DNA of 64,000 bases from contig CM075998.1 in NCBI GenBank assembly GCA_038087875.1, positions 5,954,001-6,018,000 of the forward strand, in the 5' to 3' direction. The translations under genes and the position numbers were made by a program. Numbering within the stretch: the stretch's first letter is position 1; each line of letters begins with the position of its first letter. The notes beneath the pieces are model-generated. The model saw nothing but the letters and a program-made list of their open reading frames with translations, ran no database searches and was not told the origin of the DNA. Positions 13,626 through 26,700 of this stretch are shown piece by piece. This DNA comes from Malacoraja senta. Taxonomy: Eukaryota.

Positions 13626-16600
13626 AGTCTCGACTCGACTCGAAACGTCACCCATTCCTTCTCTCCAGAGATGCTGCCTGTCCCGCTGAGTTACTCCAGC
13701 ATTTTGTGTCTATCTGGGATGGTGATGTTGTGATGTTCATGTTTCTGCCATCCTGATGTTTATCAGCGATCAATTTAAGCTGTGTGTTTGCATGAAGATG
13801 GTAACTATCCCAACAAGGTTAGTCGCAGACTTGCATTTGTTAAATGTCCTGCACAAGTTTTTTTTTTAGACAGGTCACCTGTTTGCACACTGCATGCCAT
13901 CTCTAATTGATTATGTTCTTCAATACATTTTTATTTTGGAATGGGGAAATGAAAGAATTTCCCTTGCTTTGTGTCTAGAAATGGAATCTTTTCACTTGGT
14001 TTTTCTCACCACCTGGGATGCCATTTGGCCAAACGAGTCTAGTGGCTTTCCGAGCAATCCTATCCATCCCATGTCCCCACTTGTCACCTTGTAATCAGGT
14101 TGAAGAAGGGTCTCGATCTGAAACGTCACCCATTCCTTCTCCAGAGGTGCTGCCTGTCCCGCTGAGTAACTCCAGCATTTTGTGCCTTGCTTTTAGCCTA
14201 CTCCCTATTGTTTGCCCATCAGCTCCTCCCTATTTCTGCCCAACGCTGGGTCGAATTAAACTTGTAGTCCTCGCATCTTTGAGATGCGGGGAGAAAACCA
14301 GAACACCAAGGGGAAAACCATGCGGTCATGGAGAGCGTGCAAACTCCATATGGATAGCACCGGGGGTCGGCATTCAGCCGGGGTTGCTGTGAGGCAGCAG
14401 GCCTATCAGCCGCTTGGTCGCCGTCCTCCATCTTGTCACAGCCTGACGGTGTTGCTGCACAGCTCATCTGAATGGCAGCACCTTTAGGCTTCAGAGATGC
14501 AGCGTGAAAACAGGGCCTTCAGCCCACCGGGCCCAGCGATCACCCAATACACTAGCACGGTCTTGCACACACTAGGGACAGCTTGCAATTTTTACTGCAA
14601 TCAATTAACTTACAAACCTGCACGTCTTTAGAATGTGGGAGGAAACCGGAGCACCTGGAGATATCCCACGTGGTCAAAACCCGGGGAGAATGTACAAACT
14701 CTGTACAGACAGCACCCGTAGTCAGGATTGAACCTGGGTCTCTGGCGCTGTGAGGCAGTAACTCTACCACTATGCCGCCACCTGGCAGTGTTGCATCCCC
14801 CCTTGGTGCTGTAGTTAACACGTGCGTTACTACTGAATGATGGCGCAGGTTGAACGGTCAACGGTTTTTGGGGAAGGAACTGGATTGTGTGCTCTCGTTC
14901 TGATTACCTCAGGAAGAATCTGTGCTCTGAGATTGATGGGAGGTGTTGATTGAGGGGATGGGAAAGCTGCCAGTTTCTCCTCCCATGAATGATTTGGGGA
15001 TGATTTGACCGCATATTCAGGACCTGCGTCATGGGTGTGGCCGAGCCACTGGAAGGTGTGGTGGCCTGGCTTGGAGGGAGGCTACGTGCGTGTCTGTGTG
15101 AATGCAATCTTCTCCCCCATCTCTGTCTGCGCTGGCTGCGTACTTTTGCAAACATCTCGGCTGGGTGCAATTCCCTGTCCACTCTCTCTGTGGCAGGCTG
15201 TGAGCTTGTTGGCTTTGTGGCATTGCAAGCCTTGGGAAAGGGCCATAACAACATCAGCAAAAGTAGATATGGAGCTCTTGTGTGTTGTGCAAGAAAGCAG
15301 ATGTGATCTCTGTTGTACATCTTGTGACGGTATTACAGTAAGCTCTCAAACTGCCAGTTACTTCCTTTCTGCAATTGGGGATTGGCTTTGAACAGGACTG
15401 AAACGGAGTTTTTGTGTATTTTTGAAAGCTGTTTGTGCACATTCCTGCCTTTCTCCAGAGGAAACTATTTGATGCAAGCAAGTAACTGGCTTGGTGACGT
15501 GCCCACGCAGTTGGGAACGGTCCAATGAGTCAAAGCCTGGGGGCGGTTTTCCTGAGGCTTTGCTCACTGCCTTGTGATTATTGCAGAACTTTTTATCGGC
15601 CTGCAGTCTGCTCACCCGAGTTGTTCAAGTTACCAGAAACCAAGAATACCTGGCAGCACAACACCAGTCTTTGAGTGCGAGTTAAATCGCTGTGTAAAAT
15701 TCCTATGCCACTTAAGTCTGTGGTATTACAAATTCCTCAGCCAGCCATCATCTGTCATTAACACACTCTGTGGGAGATTTGAGCTCTGCTTGTTGATTCC
15801 TCCTGCACTAATGATTGCGTCGAGTAGCTCGCTGGCCACCACGCACAAACTTGGTGAAAGATGCGCTAATAGGTTTATTTTGCCGTGGCTCCAAAGTGAA
15901 TCGTGCCTTCAATTTATTGGGACCGTCAATAGCCCAAGGAGGTGTAAGCTTGATTGTCCTCAATCATACCTGGAGACTTCCCCTAACTGACATGGTCTAA
16001 CTGCTTTGGCCAATATCTGCTGTTTCCCTTGTACATATCCTTTTTTATGCAATGGGTTGAAGCCAATGTTGTACCTTGGTTATTGGCTATACAGGTCTTT
16101 GCCCAAGACTCTGCAAAGCTTGTTTAACGTGCTCTCATTCTCGCTGCTTCCAGGTTTATTGGGCAGGTTCTTTGTGGTCGTCAGGAGGCTGGGACCTCCC
16201 CAGAGACCAATTGACAATTTGTTTTAAGTGGAGCTTGGCTTTACTTGTGGCTCGCTGGTGGTGGTGGTCCTGCCTCGGCAGAAAGGCAGTTGAACCCACA
16301 CTCCCGACTGTCCTTCAAGTATTGGCCCATAGGTTGTATGTGTTCAGTGATGTGCCCTCAACTTGCAATCCACTGGGCTTATAGGAGACCATCCAGCCCA
16401 GAAACAGGCACCTTGGCCCAACTCATCCATGTTGACCAACATGCCCCATCTACACTAGTCCCACTTACCTGCATTTGGCCCTTATCCCTCTAAACCTTTC
16501 CTATCCATGTACCTGTCCCAATGTCTTTTTAAATGCTGTTCTCGTACCTGTCTCGACTAGCTCCTCTGGTAGCTCAACGTTAACCCACTACCCTGAGTGA

Positions 16601-18081
16601 AAAAGGTTGCCCCTCGGGTTCCTTTTCAATCTTTACCCTCTCATCTTGAATGTCTGTCCTCTGGTTCTTGATTCTCCTGCCCTGGGTAAATGTGCATTCA
16701 CCTTGTCTGTTTCTGGTGTATCAGGCTAGTGTAAAGCTGATTTATGGCATGGACGATGAAGGTCGAATGCTGTTGATGCCAGTGTGTGGCGTGCCTTGCC
16801 AATGGGCTCTTCCCGCAAAACTTGTACGTTCCAAGTGGATGCCGTGGCGGTTCTGAAATCTCAGGCCCAAGTTCACAGCCATGGTGCCTCCATTTGCTCC
16901 TCCAGGACAGCTATCCCTCCATGGCCTTCGAGTTCCTCTAGCTGAACATATCTGCCCAGTCTCTAATGTTCCCTCTGGTGTTGCTGTCTGCACGTCCCTC
17001 GATTTCATGCCTTTGCCCTTGTCCATGTCCTCAGTTGCCAAGTTTGTAAACTCTGAAATCCCAGAAATAACCCCACTATTTTTAAGACTCCTTTTTAAAA
17101 CCTGCTCGTTTAATGGCTATGGAAACTGCTGTCTATTTTATTTTTTAAATGCACGAAGGCACTATATCAATGCAAGCTGTTGCAATTGGGCTTTCTAATT
17201 TCCTCTCTCCCCTCTGGCAACAGGATTGTGTATATAATCACAAAACAATTTACTTTGCATGAGTCGAAAGTGGTGACTGATTTTAAAAGTTTAATGTCAA
17301 CGTTTTTTTTTGTATCGTGAGTTTTCAGTGTAACGATCGTTCTCTGCCCTTCATGTTCTTGCAGGCTGGACTTCGCAGTTGCTGACCACGTGTGCAGTGA
17401 GCAATAGGTCCTGCTGGTGTTTGGATAGGTTTGAGTGCTTGTGCCTGAATCGGGCAAGCAACATGCCTAATGGCGCTTAATTATTTATTTGCTCTGGGAA
17501 AGTAGCGAGCAAGGCAGGAGCTTGCGGCGTAATTATCACCTTGCCCTGGCTCTGCTGCCGATTAAATGGGTGCAGGGTTCTGAGGTATTCTGCAGGGCCG
17601 GGTCACTACTGGGGTGGTGATGGGAGTGAGCTGGATCAGTGGGAGATCTATGCATTGTCTCTCCATGATGCAGTGGGGGGGGCTTGAGTTGCCAGTCTGC
17701 TGCTTGCCATGAGCTCCTGGGACAGCCTTGGTGATGGCTGAGTGTATTGGGGAGTTCAGGGAGGGGGGGGGAATTATTGTGCAGCTACACATATGCCAGT
17801 ACCAGGAATGGTCATAATCACAGCTAGCGGTTGCAGCTCAGTTGGTAAGTCTTTGGCTTTCAGTGAGCTTGTGAGGTCACATCATGCTCCTTGGTATTGT
17901 ACAGCCAGTGGGTCTTGTGGAGTACTGCCCTGTCTGAAGATGCCAGGTTTGGCAAATTAAACTGGGTGGGACCTTCCGTCCTGGGTGCTGGTAAGAGTTC
18001 CCATGGAGCTATTCTCCCTCTGTATCGGTCTTCATTCTTTGATCAGCAGCATCAAAATACATTGTGCATTGATCTGTTCTG

Positions 18082-18135
18082 TGCAAATTGGGAGCCTGCT
18101 CTGCGCAAATTGGGAGCCTGCTCTGCGCAAATTGG
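18082..18135. repeat. 22-bp tandem repeat, about 2.5 copies
   Basis: GCAAATTGGGAGCCTGCTCTGC repeated. Confidence 0.85.
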
Positions 18136-19499
18136 CTGCTTCTGCTACTCTGTCCTCATTTAGGGATTTTTCCGTCAAAATTGCACAAAAGCAGCATTCA
18201 GGATGGGTTCTTGAGCTTGATATTCTATTCAAGGAATGCTGTCACCTGAGTAACTCTTCCCCTTGAGTGTCACAAGGCATCTTGGTTTCAGCTGAATCGT
18301 GGGAATCGATAGCAAATCTTTCAGAGGGGGGAAGCATTGGGTCCACGGGCTGATTCATTGTGTGGCTGTCAGAGGCACTGGAGCAGCAGCAGGTCGGAGG
18401 TTCAAGCAAGTGATGATTAGCTTGCCGCAAATCTTTCCACAGGACAAAATGAGTGGCTGGGAGGAGAATCAGAAAGCCGCCTTGTTATAAATCTCTTTTT
18501 TTTTTTGGTTGTCCCACTCCCCGCCAGTTCTTCAGTCCTGAAGCAATACATCATACAAGGTGGCCATCCTAATTGTTGCATTCACTGCACGCTTTGCCAG
18601 CCTGTCTGAGGAAACTTTTTCACCCAGTGTTGTGAATCTGTGGAATTCTCTGCCACAGAAGGCAGTGGAGGCCAAGTCACTGGATATTTAACAGAGTTAG
18701 ATTTAGCTCTTGGGGCTAAAGGAATCCAGGGATATGGGGAGAAAGCAGGAACGGGATACTGAGTTTGGATGATCAGCCATAGTGAATGGCGGTGCTGGCT
18801 GGAAGGGCCGAATGGCCTAATTCTGCATCTATTTTTCTGTTTCTATGATGCAGCTCTCAACAGGCTGCAGCTACCATTTTGTTGGCAGCATGGCGCGCAC
18901 ACATAATGCAAGTGGTTGCTGCAAAGGTTCTTTTAACCCAGGGTTTAAAAGCTCTAGGTGCGCAAAGGCTCTTGGCCTAGTGAGTGGTGCAGGACCTGGA
19001 GCCCTCTGTTTGCCAGGCGGAGAGTGGGACGAGAGGATGGCGTTGAGGGGTGCCCGCTTTCGCAACCCAAGGATGGCAAAGCATCATGGCTGAACGGAGG
19101 TCCCGGTTAACAGTGCATGCCCTCTGCCGAAGCTGGGCACGGATACAGAAGAAGATGGCATGCACTGAGGAAACTGCCAAGGTATGTTTACTCAGGAGTC
19201 TCACACACTGTGTGGTTGGCCTGTGTATCAGTGTCAATTTTTAAATTTTTTGTTGTGGCTTTGTTGACCTCTTTTGCATTTGCTGGTGACCTATGCCAGC
19301 CTTTCCAATATGCCTGCAGCTGATTATGTAGCGTGTCATCACCACCTTCTAACGGCGCACATTGAAGCTGCAACTTGAAGCTGAAAATCTTGGCAACAAG
19401 GGAGCAAAATGCAACTGCATGGTCAATTATTAAGAATGGACGGGATGAATTTAGATCGAGTCCTGATTGAATATGCTGTACCAACACTCATTCAAGGAG

Positions 19500-20880
19500 C
19501 GTGAGAGAAAATGGGGAATTATAGACCAGTTAGACTGACATCGGTGGTGGGGAAGATGCTGGAGTCAATTATTATAGAAGGAATAATGGGGCATTTGGAT
19601 AGCAGTAAAAGGATCAGTCCAAGTCAGCATGGATTTATGAAAGGGGAAATCCTGCTTGACTAATCTTCTGGAATTTTTTGGAGATGTAACAAGTAAAATG
19701 GATGAAGGAGAGCCAGTGGATGTAGTGTACCTGGACTTTCAGAAAGCCTTTGATAAGGTCCCACACAGGAGATTAGTGGGCAAAATTAGAGCACATGGTA
19801 TTGGGGGTAGGGTATTGACATCAATAGAGAATTGGTTGGCAGACAGGAAACAAAGAGTAGGAATAAATGGGTCCCTGTCACAATGGTAGGCAGTGGCGAG
19901 TGGAGTGCCGCAAGGCTTGGTGCTGGGGCCGCAACTATTTACAATATATTAATGATTTAGACGATGGGATTAAAAGTAACACTAGCAAATTTGCTGATGA
20001 GACGAGCTGGGGTGGCAGTGTGAACTGCAAAGAGGATGCTAGGAGGTTGCAGGGTGACTTGGACAGGTTGAGTGAGTGGGCAGATGTATGGCAGATGCAG
20101 TATAATGTAGATAAATGTGAGGCTATCCACTTTGGCGGCAAGAACAAGGAAGCAGATTATTACCACAATGGTGTCGGATTAGGAAAAGGGGAAGTACAAC
20201 CTGGATGTCCTTGTACACCAGTCACTGAAAGTAAACATGCAGGTGCAGCAGACAGTGAAGAAAGTTAATGGCATGTTGGCCTTCGTAACGAGAGGATTTG
20301 AGTATAGGAGTAAAGAGGTCCTTCTGCAGTTGTACAGGGCCCTGGTGAGACCACATCTGGAGTATTGCGTGCAGTTTTGGTCTCCTAATTTGAGGAAGGA
20401 CATCCTTGCTATTGAGGGAGTGCAGCGTAGATTCACGAGGTTAATCCCCGGGATGGCGGGACTGTCATATGAGGAAAGATTGGAAAGACTGGGCTTGTAT
20501 TCACTGGAATTTAGGATGAGAGGGTATTTTATATAAACATACAAAATTATAAAAGGACTGGACACACTAGATGCAGTAAAAATGTTCCCAATGTTGGGGG
20601 AGTCCAGAACCAGGGGCCACAGTCTAGGAATAAAGGGGAGGTCATTTAAAACTGAGATGAGGGAAAACTGAGAAGAGACAGCAGTAGAGGCCAATTCACT
20701 GGATGAATTTAAAAGATAGTTGGATAGAGCTCTTGGGGCTAGCGGAGTCAGGGGATAATGGGGAGAAGGCAGGAACAGGGTACTGATTGGGGATGATCAG
20801 CCATGATCATATTGAATGGTGGTGCTGGCTCAAAGGGCCGAATGGCCTCCTCCTGCACCTATTGTCTATGTTTCTATGTA
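19500..20880 (+). mobile_element. CR1-clade LINE 3' portion (RT and 3' UTR)
   Basis: YLDFQKAFDKVPH, YINDLD...SKFAD and [13 protein letters not shown] motifs, 3' tail TATGTTTCTATG. Frameshifted. Confidence 0.93.
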
Positions 20881-22409
20881 ACACTGTCTAAATTCCTAGG
20901 TGCTCAATTCAATGATGATTAAGGTTGTAGACTTGAATGTGATTGTAAACAAGGCCTTTGTGGCCTTAGTTTCCCCCTCAATCTCCAGCAGTGTGAAGGT
21001 GTTGTTTAAGGCACTCTAAGCACTGGCTCAGACAGTGCTGTCGTCTTCCTGCTGCCTCCTGTAATCATCCTAGCTCCCTCTTGGCCATGGCCACAAGCGC
21101 TGCACACACAATCTGCCATGCACGTTATGGTGTAGGGGTAATAGCTCGGAGCTAGTGTCCTACTCCTGTCATCCTTGCCTGCTCTTGGTCAGACGCAATG
21201 AACATTGCTTGTAGTGTCCTGCAGCACAGGCTTCGGTTGTACATGTCGCAAATCAACCTCTTATGGTATGTCTTAATGCAAACATTTTTCTGAAGGTGTC
21301 GAGAATAAAAGGTTCTAACATGCTGTTTTTCTCTCCTGTCTTTTGTAGACCTGGAAGAGCAGGCTGTTGAAGGCCTGCACAAGACTGCACCTTAACTCTT
21401 TCACCAGCGTTTGCTGGCACCCGTACACTACGTGAAGATGCACTTGGTGAGCTTGAAGGTGGCGCCGGTGAGTCACTTTGCACAGCTGAGGGGCAAGAAG
21501 CTGATGCCCAGTTGGTGCCTTGGCTGCCCCGGCCGATCCTCCTCAACCTTTGAGACCTCTTTGAGTGAGATGGAGGTTGCTGCCTGGTGCACCGATGCAG
21601 TACATGGGCAGGATGCAAGCTGTGCCCTCGTGACCTGGACATGAAATAGAAGAGAGCGGGATTGCCTATTCTGCCCACTGAACCATACACTACAGCCTCC
21701 TTTGTGTCGGAGCGTTTCCTTCTCTGCCATCACCAAGGAGGTGTAGATATGGTTGGCTGCCTGCCAGCTAGCCTGTGTGGGCTCCTAACATGCATCCTTT
21801 TAAACCTTGTACTATATGCATTCCAATGTTTGAGTGGGTGCTGCCCCCACTGTTTAACTTGTTGTCTGGCATGCTAATCTGTCTCTTGAACTCTTGCTTC
21901 TCTTTGAAAGTTTGTGCTGAAACAGCACTTTGCCTCTTATTACAGTTCTCACTTGGTGTTTTTTCAATAAATCGCACGTTCTCTTTCCAGTTAAAGGGAG
22001 AGAAGTGGCAAGTGTGCACGAGCTGTAAGTGTAGGAATTGTCTGAATCCTTCACCTGAAGGTACGACGACTCGCCACGTTATAGTCATCTGCATTGAATG
22101 ATCATCTGTTTTTTAAATGCCTGATCCAATGCATTTCTATTGTTCCAAGTTGCTATTCTAGTGAGCAGCCTGTTTTCAGTAAAGAATGATGATCGATTTG
22201 ATTGATTGTCCTCTGTGGATTTCATCATCTTTGTCCATAACTGTACCAATAATTTTGGGCAAGAGTAAAACTGTTTACAGTGCATTTCCTTTCCCCAAAA
22301 TACTGCAACTTTGATTTCCAAAAACATCCTGTTGTAACAAATGAGTTGGATACAAAAAGCTGGAGTAACTCAGCGGGACGGGCAGCATCTCTGGAGAGAA
22401 GGAATGGGT

Positions 22410-22437
22410 GACGTTTCGGGTCTAAACCCTTCTTCAG
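22410..22437 (-). ncRNA. Minimal hammerhead core on the minus strand
   Basis: Reverse complement reads CTGAAGAAGGGTTTAGACCCGAAACGTC. Confidence 0.6.
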
Positions 22438-23694
22438 AAGAACTGTCACCCATTCCTTCTCTCCAGAGATGCTGCTCGTCCCGCTGAGTTACTCCAGCAT
22501 TTTGTGTCTATCTTTGGTTTAAACCAGCATCTGTAGTTCCTTCCTACACGTAACAAATGGGTTGCTTGTCTTTCCTATCGTAGGGTAGTTCTTGATGATT
22601 GCAACCTAGTTTAAAGCACTAGGCATCTTCCTATGAGTATCTTGCACATATGCAGAGCATTTTGTGATCTTAAATTGTCGCCACCTCAAGTTAGTCTTCA
22701 GCCAAGTGCTGTATGTGATGGCCAAGAAGCAGCTGAAGACGAGAGACTTGCACGACTTCAGCAGTTGTACTGAAGACCTGTAGTCCCTAAGCAGCTGTGT
22801 CTCCAGCCAAGATACTCCAGTACTGGGACAACACTGACATCTGCCCAACAATGTGCAAACTGAGTTTCCCTTCTGTGAGGGCCCTTCTTCAGATCCACAC
22901 TGCAGCCATATTCCAGAGGTAAATGGCTGCCTGCCACATCAAGCAAGGCTGATGCTGCTACATCCAAGTTGCCACCTTCTGCAATTGCCTTCTCTGTTAA
23001 ATGTGTGTCCAAAGAAGGTTCTCAACCTGAAATGTCACCCCCTTCCTTATCTCCAAAGATGCTGCCTGACCTGCTGAATGACTCCAGCATTTTGTGTCTA
23101 TCTTTAACGTGGAAACTTTGTTCACGTGTGTCCTGGTCACAAATAGCAGGACAAATCCAATCCAACCGGCAGGCTAATTATGGGTGTCATCGGCAATGGT
23201 GTTTGCCGATGCCCAGTTTTGGCTTTGCTGGGGCCCAGTAGGTGCTGGACCTCAGCAGTATCTTGGGACAAAACTACACTAGAGTTGTTGTTTTTTTTTA
23301 AAGAAATACTTCTTAGGCTAACCATGGGTGTCTCCAGGGTGCTATTCCCTATATGGAGGATATACAACGAAATACAGTGCTGGGGTAACTCAGTGGGTCA
23401 GGCATCCTCTCAGGAAGATATGGATAGGCAACGTTTCAGGTGGGGACCCCTCTTCAGAGGTGCAAGAGGTATTCCAGAGATGAATGGCCGCAAGCTTGCA
23501 TCGAGCAAGGCTGCCGCTGCCACATCCAAGTTGCCACCTACTGGAATTTGATGCTGCCTTGTCTGTTAACCTGGAGTTGCTGCCGTTGTGATACGCATGC
23601 ATCTTTGCAGACTGCTCCTCCATTTGCCCACCTCCATGTTTGTATTCCTTGAAGTAGATCTGATGCACCACATTAACCTGGTCTAGAAATCTCC

Positions 23695-23720
23695 GGGGGG
23701 GGGGGGGGGGGGGGGGGGGG
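23695..23720. repeat. G26 homopolymer
   Basis: Read directly from the sequence. Confidence 0.9.
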
Positions 23721-26700
23721 CTTTATCCGTGTTAGACGTCTGGAGCTGAATCGTCAAAGTTGTAATTTGTGCCTCGTGCCATCATCAGTGATGCAAGGTG
23801 CAGTAATGGGTCACATTCTCCCTTTATGGTTCCACCAAACATCATTCTGTTGCTGTGTGTGGATGTGGATTCTATCCTGAACACGTGTGCTGTATGTACG
23901 GAGTTTGTGCGTTCTTCCTGTGACCTGCGTGTTTTGTTTTTTCCCGGGTGCTCCGGTTTCCTTCCGCACTCCAAAGACGTGCAGGTTTGTAGGTTAATTG
24001 GTTAGTAAAATTGTAAATTGTCCCTAATGTGTAGGATGGCGTTAATGTGTGGGGATCGCTGGTCAGCATGGACTCGGTGGGGCGAAGGGACTGTTTCTGT
24101 GCTGTATCTCTAAACTAAAAGACTATGGGATTGTCCCTGATGCCTTGACCAGTATTAGTTCTTTAAAGCCAGATCAAATAGAGGCAATTTTTCCGCTTAT
24201 ATACTGGGAGCTCGTGTGTACTTTGGCTGTTCCACTTGTATAACAACTAAGTACTTGAGTGCTTCTCAAAATGCTTTGCAACCTAAATAATGAGACTGCA
24301 CAAATATAAAACATTTTTAATTGCTTTTTCAGTGGCTGGTACGTTATCCCACCAAGTTGTTGCTCCTGGGTTTGTAATGTCTCTGATTCTGAACCTTCCT
24401 TTCACCCAAGTTTGTGCCTTTCACATCCTGCAATTGTCTTAACTTGAAATCCTGTAGGGTGTGTCTACTTGCCCCTCCTGCAAACATTCATGTACACTCT
24501 TGATGTGTTTCCTCATTCGATGGGAGGTGGAGAGAAATTGCAATGTTCACTTTTGGGCAATCTTTCCTTGTGACTTTTGTGACATTGGATTGGTGCTTGT
24601 CAGCGTGATTGCCCCAGGCTTGTACTCTGGGTTTGGCAATTTAGTTACGTGGGAGAAAAAAATGCCAACTCTTTTTCCCTGCAGAATTTTGAACTCTAGT
24701 TCAAACTTGTCTGGATTTTCACAGTATTATCCTAATTTTATTCCTGTCTCCTTGAAAACCCTTTGTATATAGTTCCCACTATCCAGTGGTGACTATATAT
24801 GGGGAAGCTGTTTATGGAGGCTTTGGAGAAATGTAGCAGAATGCTGCCTGGATTAGAGGACATTAGCTGCACAGCGAGCTTGGAGACATTTGATTTTATC
24901 TGAATGCCAGACATTGAGGAAAGACTTGGTAGATGTATATAACATTGAGAGGCATAGTCAGTTAGAACCTTTTCCCCCAGGGTGGAAATGTCAAAGACTA
25001 GGAGGCTGAGGTTTAAGGTAAGAGGGGCTGAGATTGGAGGCGATGGATGGTTACATTTTTTGAACTCCCAAGGGTGGTGGAGGAGGCCGATAAGATGGTG
25101 ACCTTTAAGGGGTTTAAGATGGGTCCATGCATGTGGATCATGTGCAGGCAAATGAGATTGATTTACCTTGGCGTCATGTCCAGCACAGACATTGTGGGCT
25201 GAAAGGCCTGATCCTGTACTGTTCTATGTTCTAAGAATGCAGTTTTCATTCTGAACAATGTAGAAGTGAACCTCGTGCAGAACTGTCACTTTTTCTAAAT
25301 AAAATTGGCTCGGCTTCCCATGCAAAATAACTTGGCATGATTTTTCTCCCTCCGTTGAATCGGCCAGGGTTAAAACCACATTGCAATTTCTTTCTACTTT
25401 AGCCATGACACCTCTTTTGTGGAAGTGTTTGCAAGATCATATGGTGATGTGCAATGCTAGTCCACCCTCGACAGGTGAACGTTTTGGTGCTTGCTTCTTT
25501 TGGATGAGCGTTAATCTAATGCCTCGCTTCTGAGCAGCATTTGAACGTTTCTAATACCTTGCCCTTCATCCTAGCCTCGTTAATACTCCGATGATTTAGT
25601 TTGGAGAAACTGGGCGGAAAACGGTCCTTCGGCCCACCGAGACTGTGCCGATCAGCGATCACCGCGTACACTTGCACTATCCTACACGCTAGAGGCAATT
25701 TATAATTATACCAAGCCTATTACCCTACAAACCTATATGTCTTTGGAGTATGGGAGGAAACAGGAGAAAGCCCACGCGGGTCACAAGGAGAACATACAAA
25801 CTCCGTACATAGTCGGGATCAAGCCTGGGTCTCTGGTGCTGCAAGGCAGCAACTCTACCGCTGTGCCACCATGTGTGACTTTTTGTATGACATTTGTCCG
25901 AGTTCTGCCAATTCTCGGCTTCTTTCACAAAACATCTATTTCTCGGGCACTTAAGACCACCCTCTCCACTGTCAGCAATACCGACCGGTCTCAGTGTCAT
26001 TTGAAAACTATCCACGTTTGTCCAGCCTTGTCGCTAATCCCCTGTGATCCGGGCAGCATTCTAGTAAATCTCTTCTGCATCCTCTCGTCAGACTCCTTGT
26101 CCTTCCTGCAATTCAGCAACCAGAACTGTACATAATATTCCAAATGTTTTATTCATCTGCAACGTCACTTTCCCACTTTCGTACTCCTTGCCCTCACTGA
26201 ATGCTGTTACATTTTAGAGTGCAGTTTATTTTAGCAGATGCAAGGAAGTTACCCAGATACAGAGTTCAAGGAGGACTTGATCACTGTCATTATTATACCC
26301 CGAGTATAATTAAATGTGATCTGCATCAGGCCATTGTCCCCTTTGTCTTTCCGAGAGCATTGGGTGTTCTGACAAGCCTGTAAGCTCAATACAGAAACCA
26401 GATCTGACTTGTTTAGTAGGCTTGGGTATTTGTTTTGTTACAGAACGCTTTATACCAGGTGCCATAAAAATATAACGCTCCATGTCCAAGCCTGACTGAA
26501 AATGTCATTCCCAATGATGGAGTAGTCGGGGCTGTAATCGGAGTGCTGCCGATTGAGACCTGGGTGTGTTCAGGAAGAGAGGATGAAGCTACTAAGGAAT
26601 TTGGGTGTTGTCTTTCTGTTGCGTTGAGTCATTCATCCTTGGCGGTTGCAATCAAAACCTGCATAAGCCCTGAATATCACATGGAGATGCAAGAAAAATA

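Noticed and set aside
17340..17460. Acceptor-like TCTTGCAG at 17364 as another cryptic exon
   Set aside because: No convincing downstream GT donor consensus nearby.
23695..23720. Poly-G and poly-C runs (also 41848, 47071, 47742, 55881) as functional G-quadruplexes
   Set aside because: Homopolymer runs recur throughout this window, their lengths are error-prone, and nothing here indicates function.
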